DNA of 64,000 nt, taken from NCBI GenBank assembly GCA_964270895.1, contig OZ185436.1; one strand, given 5' to 3'. The position numbers were made by a program, and so were the translations under genes. Positions within the stretch are counted from its first letter, which is position 1; each line of letters starts with the position of its first letter. Below are positions 59,601 to 64,000 of this stretch, piece after piece. The stretch is from Podarcis filfolensis (Eukaryota). A model generated the notes under the pieces. The model made no database searches, had not been told where the DNA came from, and saw nothing but the letters and a program-made list of their open reading frames with translations.

Positions 59601-61812
59601 CCCAAGTGTTGTTAAAAGAGAGCAGTACCCACCCAGGATTAGGAAATTGAAAGGGCTCAGCCTCAAAGCATTTAATTCCTTTACCGCCTTGAGCAATATG
59701 TTGGAGGAGACTTGTAGGGTTTGTTTGTTTTTTAATTAATGACTGAAGTAAAGCCTTCTAGGAGCGCCAGGGAAGTGATGGAGCAATGTGGAGCGACTTT
59801 CAATGCTCTTAAAATAATGCGATACGCTTGTATTAGGTTTGTCAAACGTCAGAGCCCGGCTGTGAATTTGGATCTTAGGTAAACAAAAGAAGCGAGCCCA
59901 GTATACATAGAGAAGTTCAAAAATTCCCCCAAGGTGCTGCTGTTCAATATCCTCTAACCACGGAGTGATCTGCAGCCTTTCCACCTTAGCACCTTGTTAA
60001 ATTGTACATTTAACTATATTCTAATCTTGTAAATACCGCCTTTTGTTTGCCAACTGCAGCGGTTTTTTGTTCTTTTCAAACTCATCGCGCACTTGCTAGA
60101 ATTCAATAGCTGAAGGTTTTATTTTGACTTTATATAATTGTCAGTAATTATAGTCATAACGGGGAATTAAAAAGGCTTCTTTTCACTGCCACTGCTAGGA
60201 GATGTAAATAACTTTGAATATCATAAAATGGTAATGCAAAATAAGCTAGTGTCTTTGGATTTAACTTTAATGTCACTTCCAAACCAGAGACAAAATAGCT
60301 TCATAGTACTGACAGCATATTGGTTAGGATCCCCAAAGCTAAAAAAATGTTCATTTTAAGTGTGCACGTGCTTGCTTGTAAATCAGAATATTCAATACAC
60401 ATTGTAAAAGTTGATACTTCAGTCCTATATACTTCCAGCTTATGGCTGATATCTGCTTTGAATCTTACATAGAACTGAGATACACCATCTGCAACTACTT
60501 GTTGGTCTGTGAACACGTGTAGCTTCAAATTATGCAGAAGAATCAGGCCTTTTCAGCAGTAAATCTTAAAAGTTGCTCCACAAACGATAACAGGACATTA
60601 GCATGCCTTTTCTTCCAGACCCAGGGAGAACTGTGTTCTTTCTTCTCACTTTTGGATCTTGAATGGGTGTGGCATGTAACCTACACAGCGAAATATACTG
60701 GATAAGATCCAGTTAAATCATACTGTTGATTTAGATCTGTGGGAATGAATGGACTTGTCCATTGATTTCAATGGTTCTTCTCTGAATATGACTAACATTG
60801 GATATTGTCCACCGTTCTCCAAAGATTTTATGTTTGCAGGAATATTAATACACAGCACTAGAGATGAAGCCACTTCAGTGTTTCAGATTTCCACTCTGAA
60901 ATGCCATTGAAGAAAACCTCCGCATATTGCAAGTGAAACCGTTGCTTCCAAAGTTTCAAAGCTATTGTTTCACTTACAACTTTGCAAGAATGAACCATGT
61001 GATAAATTGAAGCAGCTGTAACCTAGCAGTTTGAAAGTAAAAACAATTTCCCCATAGGGTTGGAAGGATGCAGAGAGCATTTCTGAAGTCTCTGGTTTTG
61101 CTAATATTGCTAGATGTATTTAGTGTCAATTTTTGGCACTGATAAATATTATTCCATGACATGATCAAAATGAGTAAATGCGTGTCTTGTGAAGGGAAAG
61201 GCAATTTTTTCAAACTGGGCATACAGGAAATATCACACCACACTGTTAGTCTTTCAGGTACCAAGAGGGAAAGTTGTTTAGACTTCCCACGGTTACTTGA
61301 GCCATTAATTCTTTGTTTGGCATCTGCAGCCACAGCAGCTGGTATAGCTGACACTGGCAATTGTTCATCAGCCTACTGCTTGAGTGTGTTCCACCATATC
61401 ATAAACAAATCAAGTCTTGGCCATGACACAGCATTTCAAATAACTGTTCTCTCTCCCCCTAACAATTTCTTAACACTGCAGTCCAGTGCATGTTGACTCA
61501 CTAGTGTTTAGGATTGTAGCGTAAGTTAAGAACAAACAACCTGTATAATTAGGAAGAGGAATGCTGTGCAAGAGCATTTTAAGTTAAATAGCTGAACTAT
61601 GGCAAAAGCACATCCTGCTGGATTTGCATCTTAAATAAATTAGTGTCTTGCAAGTGGAATTTCTACATTTACATTTTAATTTTTATTGCATTAAAATGTT
61701 CTATTTTTAAATTAAAAGTTGCATTTTTCCTTGCCTCCACACATATTTTCTCTCCCCCCTCTGCCACCTAACCCTCCTGTGAAGAAATATAAATTTAAAC
61801 TCAGCACATAAT

Positions 61813-61825
61813 CCGCTAGGTGGCA
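61813..61825 (+). promoter_or_regulatory. CTCF-like motif
   Basis: CCGCTAGGTGGCA matches the CTCF core CC(A/G)C(C/T)AG(A/G)(G/T)GGC(A/G) at every position; about 2.7 kb upstream of GALNT10. Confidence 0.4.
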
Positions 61826-63296
61826 ATCTTCCAGCTAATTCTGAATTCATCAGATGCCAGGCAAATTATCCAACAATTCATTTTAAGTACAAGTTACAGC
61901 CCCTGCGTTTGTATAACCTGTAAGGCTTTGGAGTTGCTCACTGTTTTCTTTAAAACACACTGCTCCATGGCATATTAATGGCAGAGATCCCCACAGATTC
62001 ATTTTTTTCATCTCACTGTGTTCCTCTTTGTCATCACTGTATTATCATCAGTGGTGCAGTGAATAATACTCTGCCCGTTGGTGAATAATGCATAACCGCT
62101 TAAATTGTAAACCAGTAAAGAAAGATGTATAATACAAGAAGCTTTCTTTAGAGATTTATACCTTAAATTGCCATGAGGGCAATTGTTATATTTACTATTT
62201 TATATTTACCAACCTGAGGTGGCTGCACCAGCATATTAGCCACAGAAAAGTCTCTTTTGTTGCCATTTTAATTCCGTATTTTCTTTGTAATCCGTTTTGG
62301 TAACTCCTTTAATCTCTGTGCCCAATAATGGGCATTTTTCTCTAATCCTCCTCTATTAAACCTTCTCCTTTTTTCCTTTTTGCTTCAAAACTGATTTTTT
62401 CCTTCTCTTTCTGTATCCCTTCTCTTTCTCTTTTCTTCGGCCTATCCTCCCATTTTCCCGTTTCCTAGTTTGCAGGCCTCTTTTTCATAGCACCATTTCA
62501 ACCTGTGCTTTTTTGTGTGGCTATTCACTTGTATGGAGTACAGTCACCTCTCCTTTTTTTGCTGCCTGTTGCAGCCATTTTGTGCCAGCACCCATGGCCC
62601 GTTGATCAAGATATGAGTACTTTTCAACATCTTTTGACTCTAAAGCTCTCTCCTGAATTGTAAAATTTTCCACTAATGTTGTAAGCAGCCCATTGCTTAC
62701 TGTAAGAAAGGGTTACTGATGAGGGTTAATTCAGAGCAAACCATATGAAGCTGATCCTGGAGCTGAGTGTCTCTCTCTCCTGTTTGTGTGCATTTAGAAA
62801 TGGCTTGTTGTCTGGGTGGGCTTTTACTTAGGTCAAAAGACTGCATCTGTATAAGCTCGCCGGTTGGCCCCAATTTATTTCTCAAATTAGCCTTGTTTAT
62901 GTCCTCTGCCAAGGCCAATTCTACGGCCAAATTTATTGAAGGACTTGTATTCCTAGATTCTTGCATGTCCCCTTTAAGATTCATTGACCAGTCCAAAGCA
63001 GGAAGCATCTTGTATCTTGTATCAGCTTGCTCGACTCTTTTTTACTCTCCTGAAGGAAAAACTGTGTGATTTTATTTTGTCTTTTCTGAAGTTCAGGAGA
63101 GCTACTTGTAAAGTTTGGCATAATTCCCAGGGCTTTACATGCCTTCCTTGTGTACACGATATTGGTCAACCATTCGGGGAGAGAAGAGAGCAAAGCCTTA
63201 AGCCTTAGCTTGTGCAGAGTTCCACAAAGAGTTACATCCAACAAAGTGGAGAGGGGTTAATTCTTCAATTTCTTTCATTTCTCTAGTAGTAATAGT

Positions 63297-63766
63297 TTCT
63301 TCTTTGGCGATCACTTGTAGTCGAGTAAGATTGTCTTCCATGAACACGGTTTTAACAGTGAGTCCTAAGTGACTGTGGAGGGCAGTTCTGAATCCACACC
63401 TCCTTCCACAGTGGGGACATAGGTTTCCGGGCAGGGGTTAATCATGGTGAGGGTTTGCCAAGTGTGCCTTCCTCTTAGCATGTTTCTCCCTTTCGTCCTG
63501 AGTTCGAGTGTCTTCAAAGTCCATGACTTTGGCAATGGTTGTTCTCCAATTGGAGTGCTCGCAGGCCAGTGACTCCCAGTTGTTGGTGTTTATACTACAT
63601 TTTTTTAGATTTGCCTTGAGAGAGTCTTTAAACCTCTTTTGTTGACCACCAGTATTATGCTGCCCATTTTTAAGTTCAGAATAGAGTAGTTGCTTTGGAA
63701 GACAATAATCAGGCATCCACACAACATGACCAGTCCAACAAAGCTGATGTTGAAGAATCATTGCTG
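63297..63766 (-). mobile_element. RTE-clade LINE 3' end
   Basis: MILQHQLCWTGHVVWMPDYCLPKQLLYSELKNG...KRFKDSLKANLK is typical RTE ORF2 C-terminus; 3' UTR ends GGAAGACAATCTTACTCGACTACAAGTGATCGCCAAAGAAGAA. Confidence 0.88.
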
Positions 63767-64000
63767 CTCATCTTATTTTTACCAAAACACTGATTACTAC
63801 TATCTCTTTCCCCTCTGTGCACTTCATAGAATCCAGCATAGGTCTCTCTTTACCTCCATCTCTCAGCTGCCTCCTCAGTCCTTATTGCACAATCTGGAAA
63901 TTATAGAAAGCCACTTGCTTTCCAGACCATGGATGTACTTGTTCTCACAGTGAAAACTTGTGATTGATTTGAGAAGCTCATAAATCTGCCACTGGATGAT

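Noticed and set aside
59600-62200. Exons of MFAP3 or HAND1, the neighbours expected from mammalian synteny
   Set aside because: No ORF here, or in 1-4500, resembles either protein; they probably lie outside the window.

Overview
Vertebrate genomic window, almost certainly a squamate reptile and probably a lacertid lizard; this is inferred from Sauria/Squam SINEs and L2, CR1, RTE and Penelope fragments. It holds two complete minus-strand protein-coding genes in the same tandem order as in mammals. GALNT10 has 12 coding exons (58959 to 25267, 628 aa) and SAP30L has 4 coding exons (15377 to 9170, 177 aa). I spliced both by hand: all introns are GT-AG, the phases are consistent and the frames are intact. 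Each gene starts in a CpG island. The rest is intron, UTR and intergenic DNA with many short transposon remnants (Tc1/mariner-class and hAT MITEs, SINEs, LINE 3' stubs), plus a 143-N assembly gap. Most long ORFs in the supplied track are CpG-island, repeat or antisense artefacts. I found no convincing new multi-gene system. The most unusual observations are: a Tc2-like MITE built almost wholly of hairpins with an internal ~109-bp tandem array; ~190-bp direct repeats bracketing the in-frame, DXH-encoding GALNT10 exon 5; a near-perfect 136-bp palindrome nested in a CR1 stub upstream of the SAP30L promoter; a Penelope-derived miRNA-like hairpin; and a Gly in place of a normally conserved Arg at an AG|GT junction in SAP30L. 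Repeat-family names and human comparisons come from recall, not database searches.
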